A DNA stretch of 64,000 nt from assembly GCA_001873435.1 (NCBI GenBank), contig MNZB01000002.1, forward strand, positions 129,620-193,619, read 5' to 3'. The translations under genes and the position numbers were made by a program. A model generated the notes under the pieces. It did not search any database. It was not told the origin of the DNA and was given only the letters and a program-made list of their open reading frames with translations. Source of the DNA: Candidatus Pacebacteria bacterium CG2_30_36_39. GTDB taxonomy: Bacteria; Patescibacteriota; Microgenomatia; UBA1400; PJMF01. Below are positions 8,518-18,195 of this stretch, piece after piece (positions within the stretch are counted from its first letter, which is position 1; every line of letters starts with the position of its first letter).

Positions 8518-9216
8518 GTGGCTATGAGAAAAATCCTTATTTTAGAAGACAACAAAAACTTAGCTCAAACCCTGAAGATTGGTTTAACCCAGAAAAAAAG
8601 ACAACTAACATTAGTAGATTCACTAAAACACTTCTATCAAATTTTAGAAAAAGAAACCTATGATTTATGCATTATGGATCGCTTTGTAACAGATGGTGAC
8701 TCTATTGAAGCAATTGAATACATCAAAGAACTTCAACCCAAATTAAAATGCATATACCTAAGTAAAAAAACTAGTTTGCAAGACAAAATAAGTGGTTTAG
8801 AAAAAGGCGCTGATGACTATTTGGCCAAACCATTTTCATTGGCAGAACTAAGGCTAAAAGTAAAAAACATGTTGCAATGGGATACCTTGGTTAAAGAAGA
8901 AAAACCATTTCAGCTAGGAGAAATAGAATTTTTTGCTGAAACAGGCTGTTTTATCACGCCAGAAGGAGAAATTTATTTAAGAAAAAGAGAAAAAGACTTA
9001 GTCTTTTGTTTAATCCAAGCAAAAGGTAGAACAGTCTCTAGAAATCATTTATTGAGAACTCTATGGACTGCTGAAGAAGAAGCTCAGAGCAATACCATAG
9101 ATGTCTATATTCGTCGTTTAAGAAAAAGATTGGGCAAATATCAAGATATTATTCAAACCAGAAGAGGCTTTGGCTATCTAATTACTGCATATAATAAGGA
9201 AAGGATAATTCAATAG
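8518..9216 (+). CDS. OmpR/PhoB-family response regulator
   Basis: LILEDN, DLCIMD, GADDYLAKPF, winged-helix NTIDVYIRRLRKRL...TRRGFGY. Confidence 0.95.
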   Translation: MAMRKILILEDNKNLAQTLKIGLTQKKRQLTLVDSLKHFYQILEKETYDLCIMDRFVTDGDSIEAIEYIKELQPKLKCIYLSKKTSLQDKISGLEKGADDYLAKPFSLAELRLKVKNMLQWDTLVKEEKPFQLGEIEFFAETGCFITPEGEIYLRKREKDLVFCLIQAKGRTVSRNHLLRTLWTAEEEAQSNTIDVYIRRLRKRLGKYQDIIQTRRGFGYLITAYNKERIIQ

Positions 9217-9841
9217 TAGTACCCTGTTTTATCTTTGAACGTATATTCACTGAGCCATTAAATTCCTTTTCAACTGTTTGCTTGACAAAAAATAAACCCA
9301 AACCAGAATGATTTTGTTTAAAAGAACTAAACGGTTTCAAAGCCATTTGTTTTTCCCACCAATTCATTCCTTTACCAGCATCAACTACACTTAACAAACA
9401 ATTACTATTTTTATTAATAGCACTCAAAAATACTAATTTATGTTTGGTTTTCTTATTATAACTCTCGTGAGCATTGTTTAATAAACACACAACAATTTCT
9501 TGGAAAAGCAGTTTATTCCCACATAAAAATTTATTTGCTGGAATCACAATCCTTGTAACTAAATTTTTCTTGATCCTAGTTTGGTCATTAATACAAAGCA
9601 ACTCATTAATAGCTTTTTGAGGAGAAAAAACATAACGCTGCTGACGATCTCTAAAAGCCAGCATCGACTGCATATGCTTGGCATTTAATAAAACTCTTTG
9701 CAGTTCTTGCTCTGGTTTATATAAATTTTCTTGTTTAATATTTTCCAAAGCCAACTCTGACAAACTAAGAATATTTGTTAGAGGAGTAGCCAAACTATGT
9801 TGCAATATGGGGGTAGTAGAAAATAGAGTATTTTTTACCAT
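9182..9841 (-). CDS. Minimal sensorless histidine kinase (HisKA + HATPase_c)
   Basis: H-box LQHSLATPL near the N-terminus, N-box LLNNA, G1 DAGKGM, F-box PF, G2 GLGL; no TM or sensor domain. Confidence 0.88.
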   Translation of the reverse strand: MVKNTLFSTTPILQHSLATPLTNILSLSELALENIKQENLYKPEQELQRVLLNAKHMQSMLAFRDRQQRYVFSPQKAINELLCINDQTRIKKNLVTRIVIPANKFLCGNKLLFQEIVVCLLNNAHESYNKKTKHKLVFLSAINKNSNCLLSVVDAGKGMNWWEKQMALKPFSSFKQNHSGLGLFFVKQTVEKEFNGSVNIRSKIKQGTTIELSFPYYMQ

Positions 9842-9847
9842 ACTCAC

Positions 9848-9881
9848 AATTTACAGAAGAAAGCTGAAAAAAAGCTGAAAT
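9848..9881 (-). promoter_or_regulatory. Second copy of the tandem-repeat promoter, for the kinase
   Basis: Reverse complement reads ATTTCAGCTTTTTTTCAGCTTT-N6-TAAATT-N6-ATG(9841). Confidence 0.75.
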
Positions 9882-11432
9882 TTAATTCTTAATCAAAGAA
9901 GTAATATCCCACAGCTGCAAACAAGGAGCATTATTTCCTCGACAATATTGTTCAATAAGCAAATCTGAATTACTTTCCATCAACCTCATTTTCTCTCGAT
10001 GAGAATTAACCAGCAACCAAACCTTTTCATAACCATTGCTTTGCTCAATAAATTTATCTGGTATGGCATAGACAGGCTGACCAATGCCTTCAACTCTTAA
10101 ATTAGTGTAGTCCTGATTGTGTAAATACATTAGCACTCCATCAGGCAAAGTACCAAAATAACCCTCTGTAGCGACTATTAGAGAATGTTCTTTAGTGGCC
10201 TTAAGCATTAACTCAGTACTTTCCTTTATGCCATTACCAGCTGACCATTCAGTTAAATATTGAACCCTATCTATTGGTACAAAAGGCAAGTAATAAGGAT
10301 TTTTCCAAGAAAGAATCATAAAAAGAAATGAGGTTTGGACAATAGAAGTTAAAGCAAGAACTATAAAAGCGGCTTGAAAAATAAAATAAAATAAATTTTT
10401 AAAACTAGCTTGCGCTCTTCTAACTATGTATTCAAAAGAAAGAGCAGCAGAAACCGTTAGTGGAAAAATACTAGGCAATATATAACGTGGATAAATAGTT
10501 TTACCAAGAACTAAAATCGGCAAAACAAACCCCAAAAAACTCAAAATTAAAATAACATGAGTCTTTCGTAACTTGGCTTGAAATAGGCCAAAGAAAGGTA
10601 AGACAACTATTGGCCAAGAAAGATAACGGAATAAAGCTTGGAAAATTCTTTGCGTATTGGCCCAAAAAACTGTTAATGCACCTTTATCTAGTAATTCATT
10701 GATTGGGTAAAGAAAATCACTACCACGACTAAATAATTGACTAAAAATAGGAGTTAATTTTAATAATGCAAAAATTAATATTCCACCCAAAATTACCAAC
10801 GAACTTTGACCAAGCCTTACAATAAAACTTGATTTTTTTTGTGGTAAAAAACTAATTAAAACCAAACTTGGAAAAAATAAGATAGCAGGAATCTTTGTAA
10901 ATAAAGCTAATCCAAGAAATAATATTGCTAAAAAAATATTTATCGTAAAATATTTTTTATCCTGATTGGTTTTAAGCAACCAAAGAAAAGAAGCAGAAAG
11001 AAAAGTAGTTAACAGAGCATCCATTAAAGCCATACGGTGATGAAAATACCAAAATGGCAGTAAAACAATTGTAAAAGCACCAAAAATTTGGGCTAATTTA
11101 CCGCCCCCAAGCTCTTTAATAGTTTCGGCAGTTATCTTGATTTGTATAAAGCCAGCAATTAGAGAAACTAAACGTCCAGCAAATAAAGGATCGTGCCAGA
11201 TTTTTAAAGCACCAGCTACCAGCCAAACAAAAAGTGGTGTCTTGCCATCATTCATAGAAAAGAATAAGTATCTTTGCCAATCATCAATAATTAGTTGCGC
11301 CCAGCGAATATAGATTGCTTCATCGGCAAAAACAGGAAGTAAAGTTAGGGAAATCAAATGAGTTAGCCAATAGACAAGGCCAATGATTATGAAACAAATG
11401 GGACTTAAAATTTTCCAATTCTTTTTTTGCAC
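9882..11432 (-). CDS. GT-C membrane glycosyltransferase (ArnT/PMT-like)
   Basis: Multi-TM; FADEAIY after TM1, DGKTPLF, GRLVS, RMALMD. Confidence 0.82.
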   Translation of the reverse strand: MQKKNWKILSPICFIIIGLVYWLTHLISLTLLPVFADEAIYIRWAQLIIDDWQRYLFFSMNDGKTPLFVWLVAGALKIWHDPLFAGRLVSLIAGFIQIKITAETIKELGGGKLAQIFGAFTIVLLPFWYFHHRMALMDALLTTFLSASFLWLLKTNQDKKYFTINIFLAILFLGLALFTKIPAILFFPSLVLISFLPQKKSSFIVRLGQSSLVILGGILIFALLKLTPIFSQLFSRGSDFLYPINELLDKGALTVFWANTQRIFQALFRYLSWPIVVLPFFGLFQAKLRKTHVILILSFLGFVLPILVLGKTIYPRYILPSIFPLTVSAALSFEYIVRRAQASFKNLFYFIFQAAFIVLALTSIVQTSFLFMILSWKNPYYLPFVPIDRVQYLTEWSAGNGIKESTELMLKATKEHSLIVATEGYFGTLPDGVLMYLHNQDYTNLRVEGIGQPVYAIPDKFIEQSNGYEKVWLLVNSHREKMRLMESNSDLLIEQYCRGNNAPCLQLWDITSLIKN

Positions 11433-11465
11433 TTAATTCATTGTACCCAGAGAAAGGTGTTTCTG

Positions 11466-12704
11466 CTAGTTTAGCTTATTTTTCTTAAACTTCTCACTAA
11501 TAATTAGAAGCCCAAAAAAAATAACTCCTCCAAGCCAAGTAATATATTTTTGTTGACTTATGACATTATTAGCAAAACCACCAGCTAATAACCAAGGAAG
11601 ATAGCGCAATAAACCACTTAAACTAAAAGCTAAGACCAATTTTTTCCAAGGCAAATAACTAATTAAAGGCAACCAGATTATTGACCAAGTTAAATACCAT
11701 GGAAGAAATTGTTGAGAGCGCAAAGTAAATAGGGGAATAAATAAAATTAGAGAAATAAATAGGAATAAGTTTTTTTCAACCACTTTTTTTAATAAATCAT
11801 TGCGCAATGGATTTTCGAAAAACCAACCAATAAACCAATACAACCACAGAGGCAACAACAGAATTGTGACAAATTTAGTGCTGATTGAAAAACCAAGAAA
11901 AAATAAAGAAATAACACTGACGGTAATAGGTATTCTCTTGGGTTTTTTAATCACTAAAACCATACTAATAATTGCTGGTATCAACATCCAAAAGTCGTTA
12001 TGCAAATTAGATAGGATTTCAATTATTACCAATGGGTTGGCAAAAACCAACCAAACATCTGCTGCAGTAATTTTTCTATTACTTACTTTATATATTAATA
12101 ATTTGAGTACTAAGAACAATAAAATATAACTTAGCCAAGCTAAAGCTTTAAAAATAAACCAAGTAGGTAAAAACTTATTAAAGCCAACTAAATAAGGCAG
12201 AATCGAGAAGATCGTCCAACCATAGCCATATGGGGCAGGAGTATGAGTGTTGTGCATAAATCTAAGCCAATTATCTTGCGGAAAATCTAAGGCAACTTGT
12301 TGATGTGGATCAGCTTGATAAACAACTGCCATTTTGGCATTGAAAATATAATTAAAAACATCATGAGACAAGGCGTTATAGCTAAAAAATAATGGTGACA
12401 ATGCAAATAATATTTTAATAAAAAATTTTGTAGGATTTATATTTATTTCAGTTTTAAGATTTTTTAATCCTAAAAAATAAACCAAAAAATAACCAACAAC
12501 TAAAAGTAAAAAACTAGAAGTTAATAAATTTGAGTTATGGAAAAAGGTTTGCCACATCCACTGCTGAAAATTCCAGTATGGTGCCCAACTTGTTAAAACT
12601 AAATTTGGATCAGTTAGAGAATAAGAAAACAAAGAATAAAAAAAACTCACTAAAAAAAGTAAACCAAAAAGCTGGTTACTATTATTTGATTTTTTATTAT
12701 TCAT
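11466..12704 (-). CDS. GT-C glycosyltransferase, MptA/MptB-like
   Basis: Multi-TM; SHDVFNY, PAPYG, NPL...HND, K, PWY pattern. Confidence 0.72.
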   Translation of the reverse strand: MNNKKSNNSNQLFGLLFLVSFFYSLFSYSLTDPNLVLTSWAPYWNFQQWMWQTFFHNSNLLTSSFLLLVVGYFLVYFLGLKNLKTEININPTKFFIKILFALSPLFFSYNALSHDVFNYIFNAKMAVVYQADPHQQVALDFPQDNWLRFMHNTHTPAPYGYGWTIFSILPYLVGFNKFLPTWFIFKALAWLSYILLFLVLKLLIYKVSNRKITAADVWLVFANPLVIIEILSNLHNDFWMLIPAIISMVLVIKKPKRIPITVSVISLFFLGFSISTKFVTILLLPLWLYWFIGWFFENPLRNDLLKKVVEKNLFLFISLILFIPLFTLRSQQFLPWYLTWSIIWLPLISYLPWKKLVLAFSLSGLLRYLPWLLAGGFANNVISQQKYITWLGGVIFFGLLIISEKFKKNKLN

Positions 12705-12706
12705 GC

Positions 12707-13465
12707 TTAGTGATATTTTCCGGTTAAGTATGCCAATCTTATTTTCATAATATCAATTAACATACGAATAGAATCTTTAATAGGACTAACACGATCAGTT
12801 TTATGATGTTTCCAAAGGATTGGTACTTCTTTATAACCTATCTTAAATTTTCTAGCTAAAAACAATAATTCAACATCGAAAGCGCCAGTAAAGGCATCCT
12901 GGCGTGTTTGTTCTCCACCATAAACATAGAGAGCTGGAAAAAGTTTTTTAGTTGCATCGGCAGAAAAAAGTTTAAAACCACATTGAGTATCTTTGACTCC
13001 TCTTACTGCTAGAATTTGGACTAATAAATTGAATCCTCGACCCATTAAATGACGATAAAGAGGCTCTTTGTCTCTTCTAGCGCCAGTAATCTCTCTAGAA
13101 CCAAAAATAACTTCTTGAGAATCTATATATTTTAAAAGTTTTTCTATCTCTACTAAGGGAGTAGATTGATCAAAGTCAGTGAATAAACGCCATTCTCCAT
13201 TTGCAGCCAGCATCCCAGCTTTAACAGTTGGACCTTTACCAGCATGATGATTTTTTAGAACAACAATTCGACTGTCTTTTACAGCATATGATTCGAGAAT
13301 TTCCGCTGTTCCATCAGTACTTCCATCATCAGTTAAAACCAATTCCCAAGTATAGGTTTGTTTTTTGAGATAACTTAGCATCTCTTCAACAACACCTCTT
13401 TTAAGATTGCTTTGTTCATTGAAAGAAGGGACAACTACGGATAAAAAAGGAATTTGGTTTGCCAT
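12707..13465 (-). CDS. GT2 polyprenol-phosphate glycosyltransferase (ALG5/DPG-synthase-like)
   Basis: DDGSTDGT, GKG, DFD, GSR, DTQCGFKLF, FDVELL. Confidence 0.88.
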   Translation of the reverse strand: MANQIPFLSVVVPSFNEQSNLKRGVVEEMLSYLKKQTYTWELVLTDDGSTDGTAEILESYAVKDSRIVVLKNHHAGKGPTVKAGMLAANGEWRLFTDFDQSTPLVEIEKLLKYIDSQEVIFGSREITGARRDKEPLYRHLMGRGFNLLVQILAVRGVKDTQCGFKLFSADATKKLFPALYVYGGEQTRQDAFTGAFDVELLFLARKFKIGYKEVPILWKHHKTDRVSPIKDSIRMLIDIMKIRLAYLTGKYH

Positions 13466-13473
13466 AAGCAGCT

Positions 13474-15051
13474 CTATTCTAGCGGTTGTGCGCTTTCTTG
13501 TGTAGTTCTTTTCAACATAGTTATTTCTGGTCCTCCTGGTATAACAAAGAAATCAGCTGGTTTTTTATCTGGAAAAACAGCTATTTCATAAATTGGTGAA
13601 TCAGTAACATTCGTTGTTTTCTTTTCTTCATTAATAATAAACAGGGTGGTAGTACTATCTCTTTCAGCAAAAGTTGTTGGGCTAGTATGCCCAGTAGTTA
13701 AGTAATAACGATAGTTTTGGCCATCAATATCATGACTCTCTGAAAGTAAAACCAAATTATATTTTTCTCCAGGCTGGACATGCTTTAATATTTCTTCACT
13801 AGTTCTTTTCATATCATTAATAGTCCAACCCATAGTTTTAAGTGGCATCTTGGGCAGATTGTATTGCAAAAAATATCCAGCAAAAATAATTGTGCCAAGA
13901 TAAATGAAAAATTTTGGTTTAATACTGCTTGCTAACCAGCCATAAACTAAAACTGTAACCGGAAAAAGATAGGCAATATAGTGATCAAAAATAGTATGCT
14001 CATAAAAAGCGGTTCCAATAATTCCTATTAATAAATAAGTTAAAATCACCATAAATGGAGCTAAATATTTAGCTCCATGATCTTTTTTAAGCAATTGGGA
14101 CTGCCTGATTAAATAGCCACAGATTAAAACAGCAAAACCATAAAGCAAATTCTTATTTAAAGTTCTATTTTTTCCAATCATAACTTCAAATAAAATATGC
14201 ATCCCGCGGCCTTCAGTTTCTTTAAAAGTTTTAGCCAACTTTGTAGTTAGAGAAACTTTTGGTGAATAAGTAAAATTATCTTCATTGGTAATTAAATTTT
14301 GAAATGCAGATATATTTTTACTGCCGTGCTTTAGATCAAATAAAATCAAGGGTGTTAATGATATTAGAAAAATAGAAATGGCAAGAAAAGTTGGTTTTAA
14401 AAGTGGTTTAAAGCTATGTTTTTTGTTTTGTTGATGTTTTTGCCAAAAATCCTTAAAGCTTAATAACCAAAAAATTCCAGCAACTGGCAGTGTTAATAGT
14501 GTTAAATAGTGCAATTGAATAAGAACGCTAAAACAAACACTTACCCAAACCCAGTGCCATGGATTTTTTTTCCAGGCAGAGTAAGTGAAGTAAATCATTA
14601 ATAATGAAATTACTGGAGCTGGATTGGGATTCCAGCTAAATCTAGTAAACTGAGTTGCTGTAGCAGAAAAAGTGTAAAAAGCAGATGCCAGTAAGGCTCC
14701 ATTTTCACCAATCATCTTTTTACCCAAAAAATAGATTAGATAAACAGTTAAAACTCCTAGTCCAGCCATGGCATAAACTGGTCCAATTGGATTTGGATAG
14801 GTTAGCCATAAAAAAGGTAGCATAAAATAGTAATACAGTGGTCCGAGATACATATTTCCCACACTAGTAACTGGACCAATAAAAACTAAATCATGTTTGC
14901 GAAATATGTCAGCCACTATCATGGCGTCTCTACCCTGATCTCCCTGAAATTGTAGTGAACCCTCTAGATTATAGAAACGCAAGAAGATAGCGATGAGCAG
15001 CAAACTCACCAACAACACTCTTTTGAGTGGTGAGACGGGTAATAGCTTCAT
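13474..15051 (-). CDS. GT-C membrane glycosyltransferase (ArnT/PMT-like)
   Basis: FLRFYNL...GDQGRD, GPLYYY, RFSWNPN, QLH; multi-TM. Confidence 0.82.
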   Translation of the reverse strand: MKLLPVSPLKRVLLVSLLLIAIFLRFYNLEGSLQFQGDQGRDAMIVADIFRKHDLVFIGPVTSVGNMYLGPLYYYFMLPFLWLTYPNPIGPVYAMAGLGVLTVYLIYFLGKKMIGENGALLASAFYTFSATATQFTRFSWNPNPAPVISLLMIYFTYSAWKKNPWHWVWVSVCFSVLIQLHYLTLLTLPVAGIFWLLSFKDFWQKHQQNKKHSFKPLLKPTFLAISIFLISLTPLILFDLKHGSKNISAFQNLITNEDNFTYSPKVSLTTKLAKTFKETEGRGMHILFEVMIGKNRTLNKNLLYGFAVLICGYLIRQSQLLKKDHGAKYLAPFMVILTYLLIGIIGTAFYEHTIFDHYIAYLFPVTVLVYGWLASSIKPKFFIYLGTIIFAGYFLQYNLPKMPLKTMGWTINDMKRTSEEILKHVQPGEKYNLVLLSESHDIDGQNYRYYLTTGHTSPTTFAERDSTTTLFIINEEKKTTNVTDSPIYEIAVFPDKKPADFFVIPGGPEITMLKRTTQESAQPLE

Positions 15052-15057
15052 ATTATT

Positions 15058-16230
15058 TTATTTTTTCTTACCCTTTTTCCAAATAAAGGTATTGTAAGCA
15101 AAGAAATTCCAAAACATTCCAATTAGGATTCCGCCTACGGCATACATAGTACCGGTATCAATATCCATATTAATAATTGGCAAGGTGAAGAGAGTAAATA
15201 GTCCGACAAAGGTCTCTCCAACAAAAGCAATTATTTGTTGAATTAAAATTGAACCACCAGATGCCAAATTAAATTGAACAAACTTAGCTGGAATTTGTTT
15301 TGCTTTAAGTTTACGATCAGAAAAAGTCCATAGGTTGCTTAGAATAAAATTCATTAAGACAGCACATTCAATAGCTAAGAAAAAGGCTAGCTGGAATGGA
15401 GCAACTAAACGCCAGCCTTGTAAAGTCAAAAGTTGAGTAAGTGCGCCAATGCCACCGACTATGACAAACTTAAAAATTCTACTTTTTAATAAATCTGTGA
15501 CTCTCACTTTCATAATGTATTCAAGAGTATTTTTTATATACTCAGGTCCTATTTTACTTTTACCAATGGTTCTATCTTTGAAATGAAAAGGAATTTCTGC
15601 CATGGAAAATCCGTGGTTCATTGCTTTATGAAGAAACCCAATTTGAAAGGTGTACCCAGAGAATTTATCATCATTTAACTCTTCTCTAATTGTTGTAAAA
15701 ACTTTTTTAGTAATAGCGCGATAGCCAGTAGTCCAGTCTCTAATTTTAAAATTAGTTAAAACAGTCATGATAACCAAATTTCCCACCACACTCAAAAACT
15801 TGCGGTGGAAGCCCCAATCGGCTGGAATACTGCCACCTGGAATATACCTGGATCCAAGTGCCATGTCATAGCCTTCATCTATTTTTTTGAGAAACAAAGG
15901 AATTTTTGTTGGGTCATGAGAGAGATCTGCATCAAATTCGAAAACAACTTCAGCACTGAGTTTGTTAAAGGCAAAATCCATGCCTTTTAAATAAGCTCCG
16001 CCCAAGCCAGCTTTTTCAGGATTTACTAATAGTTCCAGGCTAGCAAATTTTTTCTTTAAGTTCTCAACTAACTCGTAGGTTTTATCTGGTGAAGTATCAT
16101 CAACTACCAATACTCCGCACTCCCAATTATTAATTTCTTTAAAGGTTTTGTAAACTTCAGTGAGAGTTTTTTCAATGTTCTCACGCTCGTTATAGGTTGG
16201 GATAATGACGAACGCTTTTTTTTGTTGCAT
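15058..16230 (-). CDS. Polyprenol-phosphate mannosyltransferase (Ppm1/DPM1-like) fused to a GtrA-like domain
   Basis: IPTYNERENI, DDTSPD, GLGGAY, DADLSHDP, GSRY; C-terminal KFVIVG...NFILSNLWTF...WNF (GtrA pattern). Confidence 0.88.
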   Translation of the reverse strand: MQQKKAFVIIPTYNERENIEKTLTEVYKTFKEINNWECGVLVVDDTSPDKTYELVENLKKKFASLELLVNPEKAGLGGAYLKGMDFAFNKLSAEVVFEFDADLSHDPTKIPLFLKKIDEGYDMALGSRYIPGGSIPADWGFHRKFLSVVGNLVIMTVLTNFKIRDWTTGYRAITKKVFTTIREELNDDKFSGYTFQIGFLHKAMNHGFSMAEIPFHFKDRTIGKSKIGPEYIKNTLEYIMKVRVTDLLKSRIFKFVIVGGIGALTQLLTLQGWRLVAPFQLAFFLAIECAVLMNFILSNLWTFSDRKLKAKQIPAKFVQFNLASGGSILIQQIIAFVGETFVGLFTLFTLPIINMDIDTGTMYAVGGILIGMFWNFFAYNTFIWKKGKKK

Positions 16231-16235
16231 GGAAC

Positions 16236-17213
16236 TTAGTCTTTCAACTTGCTTTCTTCTTCTAGTTCAGACTGAACCATTAAATCTACTAGTTGTTCAA
16301 AATCAATTGTTGGTTGCCAACCCAATTTTTCTTTAGCTTTACTAGGATCGCCGATGAGCAAATCAACCTCAGCTGGTCTGTCGTAAACTGGGTTGTGTTT
16401 GTAAACACTTTGCCAATCAGTAATACCAGCTGATTTACATGAAAGTTCTAGAAATTCTCTTACAGAATGGGTTTCTCCAGTAGCAACTACATAATCATCT
16501 GGTTCATTTTGCTGAAGCATCAACCACATAGCTTCAACATAGTCTTTGGCATAGCCCCAGTCACGTTTTGCATCAAGATTACCCAATTCAATATATGGCT
16601 GTTTGCCGAGTTTAACTCTAGCAATGCCATTGGCAATTTTTCTAGTTACAAACTCAAGACCACGGCGAGGGGATTCATGATTGAATAAAATACCGGAAAC
16701 GGCAAACATATCATATGATTCACGATAGTTTACTGTAATCCAATGACCATAAACCTTGGCGACGCCATATGGTGATCGAGGATAAAAAGGTGTTAATTCT
16801 GTTTGTGGGGTTTCGCGAACCTTGCCAAACATTTCACTTGAAGAGGCTTGATAAAATTTAGCATTAGGAGAAGCTAGACGCATTGCCTCAAGTACTCTGG
16901 TTACGCCGATACCAGTAAATTCTCCAGTTAAAACGGGTTGTTCCCAAGAGGCTTGCACAAAAGATTGAGCAGCTAGATTATAGATTTCATCTGGTTGAAT
17001 ATCTTTTAGAGCGAAAGTTAATGAGTGTTGATCAATTAAATCACCAGAAATTAACTTAAGATTTGGATTATGGACAACTCTTTTAATTCTGGCAAAATTT
17101 TGAGTACTAGTACGACGAGTAAGACCGAAAACCTGATAGCCTTTTTCAAGTAAAGACTCAGCTAAATATGAACCATCTTGGCCGGTAATACCGGTAATAA
17201 ATGCTTTTTTCAT
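16236..17213 (-). CDS. gmd: GDP-mannose 4,6-dehydratase
   Basis: [53 protein letters not shown]. Confidence 0.96.
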   Translation of the reverse strand: MKKAFITGITGQDGSYLAESLLEKGYQVFGLTRRTSTQNFARIKRVVHNPNLKLISGDLIDQHSLTFALKDIQPDEIYNLAAQSFVQASWEQPVLTGEFTGIGVTRVLEAMRLASPNAKFYQASSSEMFGKVRETPQTELTPFYPRSPYGVAKVYGHWITVNYRESYDMFAVSGILFNHESPRRGLEFVTRKIANGIARVKLGKQPYIELGNLDAKRDWGYAKDYVEAMWLMLQQNEPDDYVVATGETHSVREFLELSCKSAGITDWQSVYKHNPVYDRPAEVDLLIGDPSKAKEKLGWQPTIDFEQLVDLMVQSELEEESKLKD

Positions 17214-17223
17214 GAATACCTCT

Positions 17224-18180
17224 CTATTGTTCTCTCCACCACTGTACTATTCTTGCTAGGGTCGTGTCGAGAGGGATTGTGGGTTCCCACCCGAGTGATT
17301 CAATTTTTGCAATGTCAGCAGTCACTCTATCTGTTTCACCAGTACGATTTTTGCTTTCATCAGCAACAATTTTAAATTCTTTATTGGCCAATTGTTGAAG
17401 TTTTTCTAATATCTCTCGAAGAGTAACATCTCTGCCACTACCGATGTTGTAAACTTCTCCAGCTTCACCTTTTTCCATTAGCAAGGCATAAGCTTTAACA
17501 ACGTCTTTTACATCAGTAAAATCGCGACTGACATCAATGTTTCCTACTCTCAATTCTTTTTTTAATCCTTTTTCAATTTCTTGAGTTATTTGTGAAACGA
17601 AATCTGGAATAACAAAGCCTTTGGGTTGATATTCACCTATATGATTAAAAGATCTAGTTCTGACGATATTAAGGTTGTGAGAGGCGTAGTAGGCACTGGC
17701 CAACATGTCTTGAGTAACTTTTGAAACAGCATAGGGATTTCTTGGACCTAGGGGACTAGTTTCAGTTAATGGACTAGGGGATGGAGCATATTCTGTGCCA
17801 CTGCCAATTGAAAGTAGCTTTGCATTGGGAGTGATGTTTAGCATAGCTTCCAAGACATTAAGTTGAATTTTAGTGTTTATGTCTAAAACTAAGCTTTTCT
17901 TTTCTAAACTAAGACCTGGAGATGAAAAACTTGCCAAATTATAGATATGTTCAGGTTTGAGTAGCTCAAACAACTCCATTACTAAATTTGGTTTGGTTAA
18001 ATTTGCTTCGTGGAAATTAGTTTGAGGTATGAGCTGATCAAGAATTACTTGAGGTTCAATTTTTAGTGTAGTGACGTGAATTAGTTCTGCTGGGGTGTTG
18101 TTGGCAATGAGTTCTTGAACCAAATGTGTACCAACAAAACCAGTACCGCCAGTAATTAAGATATTTCCATTTGTTTTCAC
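17224..18180 (-). CDS. GDP-6-deoxy-4-keto-hexose reductase (Rmd-like SDR)
   Basis: [38 protein letters not shown]; adjacent to gmd. Confidence 0.78.
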   Translation of the reverse strand: MKTNGNILITGGTGFVGTHLVQELIANNTPAELIHVTTLKIEPQVILDQLIPQTNFHEANLTKPNLVMELFELLKPEHIYNLASFSSPGLSLEKKSLVLDINTKIQLNVLEAMLNITPNAKLLSIGSGTEYAPSPSPLTETSPLGPRNPYAVSKVTQDMLASAYYASHNLNIVRTRSFNHIGEYQPKGFVIPDFVSQITQEIEKGLKKELRVGNIDVSRDFTDVKDVVKAYALLMEKGEAGEVYNIGSGRDVTLREILEKLQQLANKEFKIVADESKNRTGETDRVTADIAKIESLGWEPTIPLDTTLARIVQWWREQ

Positions 18181-18195
18181 GTTTGTTTCCTCTAA

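Noticed and set aside
8448-9881. IS element defined by the 22-bp inverted repeats
   Set aside because: No transposase and no evident target duplication; identical spacing to TAAATT fits promoters better.
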